NCBI GenBank assembly: GCA_040758235.1
Contig: JBFLVW010000027.1
Coordinates: forward strand, 1 to 41,229
Direction of reading: 5' to 3'
Length of the DNA: 41,229 nt
Origin: Candidatus Micrarchaeota archaeon
Lineage (GTDB): Archaea > Micrarchaeota > Micrarchaeia > Anstonellales > Bilamarchaeaceae
Below are positions 24,853-32,898 of this stretch, piece after piece. Position 1 is the first letter of the stretch. The number at the start of each line of letters is the position of its first letter. The notes beneath the pieces are model-generated. The model did not search any database, was not told where the DNA came from, and saw only the letters and a program-made list of their open reading frames with translations. A program made the translations under genes and the position numbers.

Positions 24853-25515
24853 ATGACCACAGTTCGGTTTGGCAGCCAAATCAACCGCGTCACGCTCTTC
24901 CACGGCTCTCCTGTTTCCGGGATAACAAAATTCGACCCGGAATGCGAGACGTTCGACCGGCCCGGCAACGACACGCTGGGGACCGGAACCTATTTCACAG
25001 CGAGCGAGCCCTGCGCAGAGAAATACGCGATACTGCGGTCCAGGCAGTTCAGGACGGGCACGCCGACCGTCTACCGGGCAGCGCTCAGCGACGTTTCGGT
25101 TGTCGACCTTCGCGAACGGGAAGTGAGAATCGCCGCGCTGCAGGAATTCATGGCATTTCTGAGAATGCTCCGCGAAGCCGGGAATGGAGCGCCTCATGAT
25201 TTCGGGGTTCATGGAAAACTTGCTGAAATACATCTGCGCGCGCCACGGTCCTCCCGATATCGTGTCGAAAGAATCATATCCGATTCATTAGCCGAATATC
25301 GTGAAAATCCCCAACCGGATGATGTCCGCACCGTGCTGGACACCGGATACTCGATAATCCCCGGCTATTTCTCACGATACCTCCAGGCTTTCGGGAACCA
25401 CGGCCTCATCAGCGCAGAAGGGACCGACTGGCACATTGGCGGGGCGGACAGCTGGCTCGTCTTTGAGCATTACCCCAACCTCCAGATAGTCTCGGAGCGG
25501 AAGCTTCCGGCGTAG
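24853..25515 (+). CDS. Putative ADP-ribosyltransferase-fold protein (ART-PolyVal-like)
   Basis: LFHGS, F(D), LGTGTYFT...AEKYA, VY and a C-terminal GLI...WLVF pattern typical of H-Y-class ART domains. TTTATAT TATA at about 24831. Confidence 0.65.
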   Translation: MTTVRFGSQINRVTLFHGSPVSGITKFDPECETFDRPGNDTLGTGTYFTASEPCAEKYAILRSRQFRTGTPTVYRAALSDVSVVDLREREVRIAALQEFMAFLRMLREAGNGAPHDFGVHGKLAEIHLRAPRSSRYRVERIISDSLAEYRENPQPDDVRTVLDTGYSIIPGYFSRYLQAFGNHGLISAEGTDWHIGGADSWLVFEHYPNLQIVSERKLPA

Positions 25516-25554
25516 CAGTATGCTATAAATGAGTAAGCTGCGAGGCGGTAGTGG

Positions 25555-26388
25555 ATGGTCCTCTTCGCTCTCGGCGCGACCTTGTTCTCCGGGCTCTCCG
25601 ACACGCTCACGAAAATGGCGATGGACGGCGGAAGCAGGTACAAGGCAATAGTTTACGCTTATGCCGCGCTCGTGCTGCCGCTCGTCCTTGGCGCGCTCGC
25701 GCTCGGCCTCCCATTCTCGTTTCCCGCGGAGCTGATACCGGCATTCATCGCCCAGTCCGTCATCGGCGCGGCGGCGGTCGCGGCGCTTTTCAAGGCATTC
25801 CAGCACGGGAAGGCGAGCGTCCTCGCGCCGCTTTCCACCTCCTATATCCTCATAGTGATGGCAATCGGAATATTTTTTTTCGGGGAAACGCTGAGCCTCC
25901 TCCAGTTCGGCGGGGCGGCTCTCGTGCTCCTTGCCGCGATGGTGCTCGCCTTTGAGGAAATCAGGAGCTTCAGGCTCGAAAAAGGCGCAGCCTACCTCCT
26001 CATAACGGTCATCGGCTGGGGCTACTATTACAGCTTCATCAAGCTCTTCATCCCTGCGCTGGGGGCATACATGGCCACCGTCTACCTCGAGCTCGGCGTC
26101 TCCCTTTTCGTCGTGCTATATTATCTCGCGAGGGGGAGGGACCTCTCGCTCCCCTCACGGGAGCAGGGCGGGCTGATAGCGGTCCGGGGAATCGCCGTCT
26201 TCCTCGCCACGGTTTTGTACACTTTCTCGGTCGCGGAGCTCGGCGTCGCCCTCACATCGGTAATCGTGGCGGCAACCCCGCTCGTCAGCGTCCCCTCCTC
26301 ATATTTCCTCCTCGGCGAGCGCCTAAGCCTGCCCAAGTACGCGGCCGCAATCCTCATCGTTTTGGGCCTCGTTCTTGTTCTGGCGTGA
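25555..26388 (+). CDS. EamA/DMT family transporter
   Basis: About 10 hydrophobic helices in two repeats, with FFGETLS and LLGERLS motifs. Confidence 0.92.
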   Translation: MVLFALGATLFSGLSDTLTKMAMDGGSRYKAIVYAYAALVLPLVLGALALGLPFSFPAELIPAFIAQSVIGAAAVAALFKAFQHGKASVLAPLSTSYILIVMAIGIFFFGETLSLLQFGGAALVLLAAMVLAFEEIRSFRLEKGAAYLLITVIGWGYYYSFIKLFIPALGAYMATVYLELGVSLFVVLYYLARGRDLSLPSREQGGLIAVRGIAVFLATVLYTFSVAELGVALTSVIVAATPLVSVPSSYFLLGERLSLPKYAAAILIVLGLVLVLA

Positions 26389-26431
26389 TGCAACCCCCCA
26401 AAATATAATCGTTGCGTGATTTTTCCGTTCC

Positions 26432-28039
26432 ATGACTTCCATCTCCGGCCAGCTCGTCGACGTCCACGAAGAGAGGATATATCCGGCCCGCGTCACGTTC
26501 GGGAAAAAAATCGAGAGAATCGAAAAAATCTCCTCCGCCCCCAAAACATACCTCGCCCCCGGATTCGTGGACGGCCACATCCACATCGAGAGCTCGATGC
26601 TGATTCCCAGCGAGTTCGCCCGCCTAGCCATCAGGCACGGCACAATCGGGGTGGTGGCGGACCCGCACGAAATCGCGAACGTCCTCGGCGTCCCCGGCGT
26701 GCTGTTCATGATTAGGAACGCCCGCAGGACTCCGATGAAGTTCTATTTTGGGGCCTCGCCCTGCGTTCCGGCGACTGATTTCGAGACGGCGGGCGCGGAG
26801 CTGGGGCCCGATGAAACCGGGCGCCTGCTCAGGCTGAAGGATGTGACGCACCTCTCCGAGGTGATGAACTATCCAGCCGTAATCGCCCGCGAAAAAAGCA
26901 TCATGGCTAAAATCGCGCTCGCCAAAAAATACAACAAGCGCGTGGACGGCCATGCGCCCGGCCTGCGGGGGCATGCCCTCGGCAAATACCTTTCCGCGGG
27001 CATCGAGACGGACCACGAATGCTTCATGCTTGAGGAGGCGATGGAAAAAGCGCGCAAGGGGATGAAGATTCTCGTCCGGGAAGGCTCGGCCGCAAAGAAC
27101 CTCGCGGAGCTGCACCCGCTCCTTCGGACGGAAATGGGCCTGCTCTGCTCGGACGACAAGCACCCCGACGACCTGATTGCGGGCCACCTGGATGCGACGA
27201 TGGCGAAGGCGGTCTCCCTCGGCATACATCCGATACAGGCGATAAGCGCTGCAACGAAACGGGTGGTGGAGCACTACCGTCTTGGCGCAGGACTCCTGCG
27301 CGAGGGGGACGCGGCGGATATCGCGGTGCTCGGGGACCTCAGGCGCTTCAGCGTGAAGCAGACCTGGATAAACGGGAAGCTTGTTTTCAACGGCAAAAAA
27401 GCATCCTCACCCCGCATCCGCGAAAAGCCCATCAACAATTTTGGGGCAACGACCAAAAAACCGGGGGATTTTGCAGGCACGGGCGGGACGGGCACCATTG
27501 CGATAGAAGCGATAGACGGCGAGATAGTCACGAACAAGGTTTCCGTGGACCACGCGCCCGACATGAAAAAAGACGTCCTGAAAATCGCGGTCGTGAACCG
27601 CTACCGCGACGCCCCGCCCGCAATCGGATTCATCAAGGGCTTCGGGATAAGGCGCGGCGCCTTCGGCTCGAGCGTCATGCACGACTCCCACAACATCGGA
27701 ATCGTGGGAACCGATGATGCATCCATATGCACGGCCGCGAACTCCATAATAAAAATGAAAGGCGGCCTCGCGGTATTCGATGGCCGTTCGATGCATTCAC
27801 TTCCCCTTCCATTCGCAGGCCTGATGAGCGGCGAGGACGGTTTTAGGGTGGGGAAGCGATACGGCGCGCTGACGGAAAAGGTGCGGAGGATGGGTTGCAG
27901 GATGCACTCGCCATTCATGACACTTTCCTTCATGGCCCTTCTTGTGATACCGCACATCAAGCTCTCGGACAAGGGGCTTTTCGACGGCGACCGGTTCAGG
28001 CTAATTCCCTCCGCGCGTTGGCAGACGAAAACCTTTTAA
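26432..28039 (+). CDS. ade: Adenine deaminase
   Basis: PGFVDGHIHIESS, DPHEIANV, EVMNYP, DGHAPG, TDHE, REGSAA, CSDD, HDSHN, PFMTLSF motifs. Confidence 0.96.
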   Translation: MTSISGQLVDVHEERIYPARVTFGKKIERIEKISSAPKTYLAPGFVDGHIHIESSMLIPSEFARLAIRHGTIGVVADPHEIANVLGVPGVLFMIRNARRTPMKFYFGASPCVPATDFETAGAELGPDETGRLLRLKDVTHLSEVMNYPAVIAREKSIMAKIALAKKYNKRVDGHAPGLRGHALGKYLSAGIETDHECFMLEEAMEKARKGMKILVREGSAAKNLAELHPLLRTEMGLLCSDDKHPDDLIAGHLDATMAKAVSLGIHPIQAISAATKRVVEHYRLGAGLLREGDAADIAVLGDLRRFSVKQTWINGKLVFNGKKASSPRIREKPINNFGATTKKPGDFAGTGGTGTIAIEAIDGEIVTNKVSVDHAPDMKKDVLKIAVVNRYRDAPPAIGFIKGFGIRRGAFGSSVMHDSHNIGIVGTDDASICTAANSIIKMKGGLAVFDGRSMHSLPLPFAGLMSGEDGFRVGKRYGALTEKVRRMGCRMHSPFMTLSFMALLVIPHIKLSDKGLFDGDRFRLIPSARWQTKTF

Positions 28040-28050
28040 TTCTTTTTTGA

Positions 28051-28083
28051 AACATATGTTCGATGAAAAAAACACGTGTTCGA
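28051..28083. promoter_or_regulatory. Paired palindromic putative operator of the HTH-MNT/HEPN operon
   Basis: AACATATGTTCGA (28051-63) and AACACGTGTTCGA (28071-83), 20 bp apart, just downstream of TTTTAAT (28034-40). Confidence 0.55.
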
Positions 28084-28647
28084 AAAAAAACGCGAGAGCT
28101 TGATATCTATTCGAGCACCCTCCTCGTGATGCGGCACTTCTTCAAGTACCCAACCACTGAATTCACGCTTTCGGAAGTCGCTTCGTTCACCGGACTTTCA
28201 AAATCAACCGTAAGCCGGATAATAAGCAACCTGAACGAAGCGGGTTTTGTTACCATCGTAGACCTGGGTGTCGTCTACCGGCTAATCGCCAATTCGCAGA
28301 GTGCGATATACAACAAGGAGAAGGCTGCCAATAACCTCTCCATAATAATCCGCTCCAACATCACGGAATTTCTCGTGGAGAGATTCAAAAACCCAAAATG
28401 CATCGTTCTATTCGGAAGCTATCGGCGGGGCGAAGACAGTAAGGATTCCGACATCGACATCGCTGTAGAGCTTTCGGACGACATCGAAACGGAGCAATTT
28501 GCATTCGAAGAATTCAAAGATATGGAAGCTGAACTCGGAAGAAGATTTGTAATCCTGGCTTTCAACAGGAAAAACATAGATGATAATCTGTTCATTAACC
28601 TTGCCAACGGGGTAGTGCTTTACGGCCTTCTCGAGGTGTCCAAATGA
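28063..28647 (+). CDS. Winged-HTH plus minimal nucleotidyltransferase (MNT) antitoxin-like protein
   Basis: TLSEVASFTGLSKSTVSRIISNL (HTH); LFGSYRRGEDSKDSDIDIAV (GS-x10-DxD). Confidence 0.9.
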   Translation: MKKTRVRKKTRELDIYSSTLLVMRHFFKYPTTEFTLSEVASFTGLSKSTVSRIISNLNEAGFVTIVDLGVVYRLIANSQSAIYNKEKAANNLSIIIRSNITEFLVERFKNPKCIVLFGSYRRGEDSKDSDIDIAVELSDDIETEQFAFEEFKDMEAELGRRFVILAFNRKNIDDNLFINLANGVVLYGLLEVSK

Positions 28648-29069
28648 ACCTCGAATTCTTGTTGTCCATGGGAAAGATACGCCGTGTTTCACCAGACAAG
28701 GGACGGGCACAGTCGCTGGTGAACTCTTCCGAGGCGAACATGGACGCGATAACTGCCATCCCTTTGAATGAAAAGACATCAACGATAATATTCAGGGAGA
28801 CCTACGAATCCATACGACAGCTGGGTGACGCAAGGTGGTGGTCCCTTGGCTATGCTCCAAAAGACCATGAAGCGAGCATCGAAATCCTGAAAGAGGAAAA
28901 GATACCCCGCTCCTCTTTGCTTCCAAAGCTGGACCGTTTCCGGCAAATCCGGCACAATGCCAATTACGGGGGCTATCGGGTATCTGTCGCCGTCACAAAC
29001 GAGATTGTCGACTTCTGGAACTTATGCGGAAAAGAAATTCTGTCGAAACTCAAGAATGACCTTAAGTGA
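28644..29069 (+). CDS. HEPN-domain protein (toxin partner of MNT)
   Basis: ATGA overlap with the MNT gene. Helical protein with DH and RQIRHNANY motifs typical of MNT-associated HEPN proteins. Confidence 0.8.
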   Translation: MNLEFLLSMGKIRRVSPDKGRAQSLVNSSEANMDAITAIPLNEKTSTIIFRETYESIRQLGDARWWSLGYAPKDHEASIEILKEEKIPRSSLLPKLDRFRQIRHNANYGGYRVSVAVTNEIVDFWNLCGKEILSKLKNDLK

Positions 29070-29111
29070 GCACCCGCGAGCTAAAGCGAGCGCATTTAAC
29101 CAAAACAAAAA

Positions 29112-29327
29112 TAGCCCCGAGCGGATTTGAACCGCTGTCAAGGGATCCAAAGTCCCCTATCCTTGACCTTTGTCAGTTTCGCCTTTTTAGTTTCCCTGGT
29201 TTTCACCGGTGAAAAAGGCGAGCCCAAAAACAGGCGAAAATTGCCTTCGGATTTTGCGCAGAGCGCAAAATCAACCGCCCGTTTTTGCCCCGCTTTTTAC
29301 TAAAAAGCGGGACTAGACGACGGGGCT
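29112..29327 (-). tRNA. tRNA-Gln(UUG) with a 143-nt D-loop intron
   Basis: 5' exon AGCCCCGTCGTCTAG(T) from 29327. 3' exon GGTCAAGGATAGGGGA-CTTTGGA-TCCCTTGACAGCGGTTCAAATCCGCTCGGGGCTA ends at 29112. Acceptor, D, anticodon and T stems all pair. The intron lies at about 29170-29312 (boundary +/-1). Confidence 0.9.
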
Positions 29328-29366
29328 GTGCACAAAAGAGCGCTGGAAAGAATAAATAGCTGCCTG

Positions 29367-30269
29367 TCATTGGCCGGGGCGGTCGAAAGCCCTAAGGAAA
29401 CTGACGACGTTCTCGCCGAGCTTCGGGAGGTGATACCCTCCTTCGAGGCACGCGAACTTCGGGCAGTCGATTTTATTGATAAGCGCCCCAATCCTGTAAT
29501 ACGTCTCGCTCATCTCGATTCCCAGCTCCGCGACGGGGTCCCTGACGAACGTGTCGAACCCTGCGCTTATCCCCACGATTTTCGGCGCGAACGCCTTTAC
29601 CCGCTCGAGGGCGGCGGAAAGCGCCTGCAGGTACACTTCGTCGCCCGTTCCGCGAGGCAGCTCCACGTTGAGGATGTGCTGGCTGCTCTCGCCTGCGAAA
29701 CCCGTTCCGGGATAAGTTGTGTACGGGTCCTGGTGGAGCGAAAGGAAAAACACCCTCCCGTCCGTAAGGAAGATATCCTGCGTCCCGTTCCCGTGGTGGA
29801 CGTCGATGTCCACGACTGCCGCCCTCTCGATACCCATGCTGAGGACGTTCTTCAGCGCAATAGCAATGTTGTTGAAATAGCAAAATCCCCCAAAGCCCTC
29901 CCTCTCGGCATGGTGGCCAGGGGGCCGGACAAGTGCGAACGAGAACTCGCCGGTGTCCATCGCATTGTAGGCGGCGTCCATCGCCGCCCCCGCCGCGAGC
30001 CTCGCGATATCATAGGTATGTTTCTCGAACCCCGTGTCGGTATCCTCGCGGTATTCCTGCTCCGACAGGGCCCTCACAGAGCGGACGTGCCTTTCCGAAT
30101 GCGCAAGCAGCAGGTCCTGCTCCTCTGCCGCGCGCGGCTCGGCCAGCTCATGCCTGAGGCCGCTTCTCTCCAGGGCCGCCAGGATGGCGCTAAGCCTCTC
30201 CGGGCGCTCAGGATGGGTTGAAGCCGGCTGCTTGTGCTCCATGAATCGTGGTGAATAGTAGATTCGCAT
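29367..30269 (-). CDS. Histone deacetylase family (Zn-dependent) amidohydrolase
   Basis: HPERPERL, RPPGHHA, GFCYFNN, DIDVHHGNGTQ, SAGFD, LEGGY. Confidence 0.96.
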   Translation of the reverse strand: MRIYYSPRFMEHKQPASTHPERPERLSAILAALERSGLRHELAEPRAAEEQDLLLAHSERHVRSVRALSEQEYREDTDTGFEKHTYDIARLAAGAAMDAAYNAMDTGEFSFALVRPPGHHAEREGFGGFCYFNNIAIALKNVLSMGIERAAVVDIDVHHGNGTQDIFLTDGRVFFLSLHQDPYTTYPGTGFAGESSQHILNVELPRGTGDEVYLQALSAALERVKAFAPKIVGISAGFDTFVRDPVAELGIEMSETYYRIGALINKIDCPKFACLEGGYHLPKLGENVVSFLRAFDRPGQ

Positions 30270-30321
30270 GGTAATTATGGTGCCGGGTAGGTTATTTATT
30301 CCTTTGCGGGGGGTTCATTCC

Positions 30322-31086
30322 ATGCGCTTGCCCCAGGCGGGCCCGATGAGGGCCGCCCTGCTCTTTGGCGGTGGCATCGGTGCAGGGCTTCTCATCTCTT
30401 TCATTGCCCTGCTGCTCCTCTTCAACCTTCCCTACGGCAGGCAGCCTCCCGTATCGGCGACATGCATGGAAAATCCCGCGGAATCCGTCATAATGCTTCC
30501 CGAACCGTCGCACGCAGGCATGCCGCTCGAAGAGGCAATACGCGAGCGGCGCTCGATGCGTGTTTTCTCGAACGAATCGCTTTCTTTGGGGGAACTCTCC
30601 CAGCTTCTCTGGGCCGCGCAAGGGATTACTGACGAGCGCCTGGGATTCAGGGCCGCTCCTTCCGCGGGGGCGACCTACCCGCTTCATGTTTATGTGGTCC
30701 CGAACCGCGTCGAGGGGACAGGATGCGGCATCTACCTATACGACCCATTCGAGCATGGCCTGTTTCTGGTGCGGGAGGGCGAATTTTCGGAAGAAGTCAG
30801 CGCAGCCGCATTCAACCAGCCCCACGTGCGCGACTCGGCGGCTGTTTTTGTCATAGCTTCCGAGCCGTCAAGGACTTTTGAGCGCTACGGGAACGACACG
30901 GAGCGTTTTGTCCACATAGAGGCAGGCCATGTTGCCCAAAACATTTTGCTCGAAGCGACGTCCCTCGGCCTCGCCGCTTCCCCGATAGGAAGCATCTATC
31001 AGGATAAAATGGACTCGGCGCTGGGAATCAACGGCACTGGGACGAACTCTGTCTATGTCGTGATTGCCGGGAAAAAGCCCGATTAG
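30322..31086 (+). CDS. SagB/ThcOx-family nitroreductase-like dehydrogenase with an N-terminal membrane anchor
   Basis: RRSMRVF, LSQLLWAAQG, RAAPSAGATYPL, IEAGHVAQN. Hydrophobic N-terminal helix. TATA-like 30292-30300 favours ATG 30322 over 30268. Confidence 0.9.
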   Translation: MRLPQAGPMRAALLFGGGIGAGLLISFIALLLLFNLPYGRQPPVSATCMENPAESVIMLPEPSHAGMPLEEAIRERRSMRVFSNESLSLGELSQLLWAAQGITDERLGFRAAPSAGATYPLHVYVVPNRVEGTGCGIYLYDPFEHGLFLVREGEFSEEVSAAAFNQPHVRDSAAVFVIASEPSRTFERYGNDTERFVHIEAGHVAQNILLEATSLGLAASPIGSIYQDKMDSALGINGTGTNSVYVVIAGKKPD

Positions 31087-31125
31087 TCAGCTATTTATTC
31101 TTTTCTTGGCTTAGCTATCTGTTTT

Positions 31126-31361
31126 GGGCCCGTAGTCGAATTCCGTCTAAATGACTGACGACTCTGGTTAAGACGCCACTCTCACAAACTTTTTGGGAAA
31201 AAGTTTGACAAAAACCGGCTGTTGCAAAACCCTTTCGGGTTTTGGGGAAACCATTTTTGCGAGCCGCAAGGCGAGCAAAAATTAGCAAGTCGGTTTTGGT
31301 CCAGCTTTTCCCAAAAGCTGGAGTGCAGTGGAGATTCGCGGTTCGATCCCGCGCGGGCCCA
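31126..31361 (+). tRNA. tRNA-Val(CAC) with two introns (24 nt at 15/16; ~139 nt at 37/38)
   Basis: Exons 31126-31140, 31165-31186 and 31326-31361 join to GGGCCCGTAGTCGAA-TGGTTAAGACGCCACT-CTCACAC-AGTGGAGATTCGCGGTTCGATCCCGCGCGGGCCCA. All stems pair and the A15-U48 Levitt pair is restored. Confidence 0.87.
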
Positions 31362-31407
31362 AAATCCCTTTTGTCCCCAGTTTCCGGTCTCCTGTCTTGC
31401 CTAACGG

Positions 31408-31566
31408 AAATTTGGGCGAAGTGGCCGAAGGCCACTCAGAGCCCAATTTTTTTCCTTGCATCCCGCATCAGGCATCCGGTTTCCGGTCCTGGGTTTTGAC
31501 TCAGGCAAAATTGGGCAAAGTGGCCACAGCCACTCAGAGCCCAATCTCCCTTCCTTGCATCCCACA
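31408..31566. repeat. Two ~60-bp imperfect direct repeats, each a hairpin, separated by 7-bp repeats
   Basis: TTGGGC.AAGTGGCC(gaag/aca)GCCACTCAGAGCCCAAT...TTCCTTGCATCCC at 31408-31467 and 31507-31566. Spacer is gcatccc gcatcag gcatccg gtttccg gtcctgg. Confidence 0.8.
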
Positions 31567-31641
31567 CTGAGTTCTCGACTGCAGTACCTATGATGTTAAA
31601 TAAACTGCAAGAAAACGCTATACACTCCCTAAAATTGTATA

Positions 31642-32727
31642 CTAGCGATATGATCGATTACCATTTGACCCTCGCGTCTCTATATACGGTTTTATCAACA
31701 AAACTACTACAGACACAAGCAAAATTCCCTTGCCAAGATTATAGACATTAATGATCGAATTTCCCATTAAAGGCGTATAATCTCCAATAAATAAGAAACT
31801 CGTTCCAAATCCAAAAAATGAAATAAGCGTCACTACCCCCTGATTATCAAACCCGAAATATCTCAATATTATTATTAAAAATATCGAAAGTACTCCGGGC
31901 CCCCATCCTCGAAAAAGAATCATTATGATCGTATCCCACCCTAGTGAAAAAATTCCAATTATGCTTTTTTGATTTCCAACTTCTGAAATCAAATATTCTT
32001 TTGTTCCATTTTTTTGTAACGCTTGAGGAATGAAAAACTCATTTTCTTTATTATAAAGGAAGGTTATCCTCCCATCCATCGCATTTAATACCGGAGAATT
32101 CTGGGATGAAAAAACTTTCTGTAATTCATATGTCTCGGGCAAGATCACATATAAATTCTGCGTTGCTATGCTGTCCTGCGTTTCTGTACCTATGGAGAAT
32201 AAGCCAAAAATATTAAACGGATATGCAAGATCCTGTTCATTAGCAATATAAAAATTTTGAGCTTGAAAAAGTATATTTATCGTTCTCTCCTCTTTCCCTT
32301 GGATCGGAGTTCGATTAAAACTACACTCTATCTGAACAATATGCGTATTATTTATTATTGAGTCAAAAATAACCTTTGCCTGATATGCCCCCGAAATGCC
32401 GCGGTCATCATAACATACTATTTTGCTATCTTTTCCGCCTGGCATTATTTTTGTGAATAATGGTAAATTATATGTGACTGTCATTGAGCTAGGCTCTTTA
32501 TCTACTACTGCCCCTTGATATTCTATTGATGAGATAAATGTAATATCCTCACGAACCCCATAATTAGCATACCCCCCACCCAATATCTCTATTTGATGAG
32601 TTCTTGAGGAAATCGGGCCACACCATCCGGTGACTACCTCCTCCGCACTTGCATTTGTCACAATCATTAATGATAATAATGCCACAACAACATGATTCGG
32701 AAAGAACTCTATCCCGCCCCCATCCAT
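31642..32727 (-). CDS. Hypothetical membrane protein (signal/anchor, extracellular beta-rich domain, C-terminal TM helices)
   Basis: 361-aa ORF in AT-rich DNA. N-terminal hydrophobic stretch ending ASA, NxS/T sequons, and 3-4 C-terminal hydrophobic segments. Confidence 0.8.
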   Translation of the reverse strand: MDGGGIEFFPNHVVVALLSLMIVTNASAEEVVTGWCGPISSRTHQIEILGGGYANYGVREDITFISSIEYQGAVVDKEPSSMTVTYNLPLFTKIMPGGKDSKIVCYDDRGISGAYQAKVIFDSIINNTHIVQIECSFNRTPIQGKEERTINILFQAQNFYIANEQDLAYPFNIFGLFSIGTETQDSIATQNLYVILPETYELQKVFSSQNSPVLNAMDGRITFLYNKENEFFIPQALQKNGTKEYLISEVGNQKSIIGIFSLGWDTIIMILFRGWGPGVLSIFLIIILRYFGFDNQGVVTLISFFGFGTSFLFIGDYTPLMGNSIINVYNLGKGILLVSVVVLLIKPYIETRGSNGNRSYR

Positions 32728-32898
32728 AATTGGTCATATTGAACACAACTATTTATCTTTGCTCTTAGCCAACACCACGCCCTCGCTTCTACAGTAAGCT
32801 TTGAACACTCTTGGACTGACCGTCAAATGGTATCGCGGAAACGAACCTCAATAACGTTTAAATACTCAAAAAGTTGTCATTGCAGCTGAGGCGAGGGC

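Noticed and set aside
29328-30221. 297-aa plus-strand ORF
   Set aside because: Antisense to the unambiguous HDAC gene.
29170-31325. Group I/II intron or homing endonuclease within the tRNA introns
   Set aside because: At about 140 nt they are too short, have no ORF, and show no recognisable catalytic core motifs.
31408-31566. Possible mini-CRISPR array
   Set aside because: Only two ~60-bp imperfect units, the spacer is itself heptamer repeat, and no cas genes are in the window.
31115-31570. Short ORFs over the tRNA-Val and repeat region
   Set aside because: Explained by the tRNA gene, its introns and the hairpin repeats.
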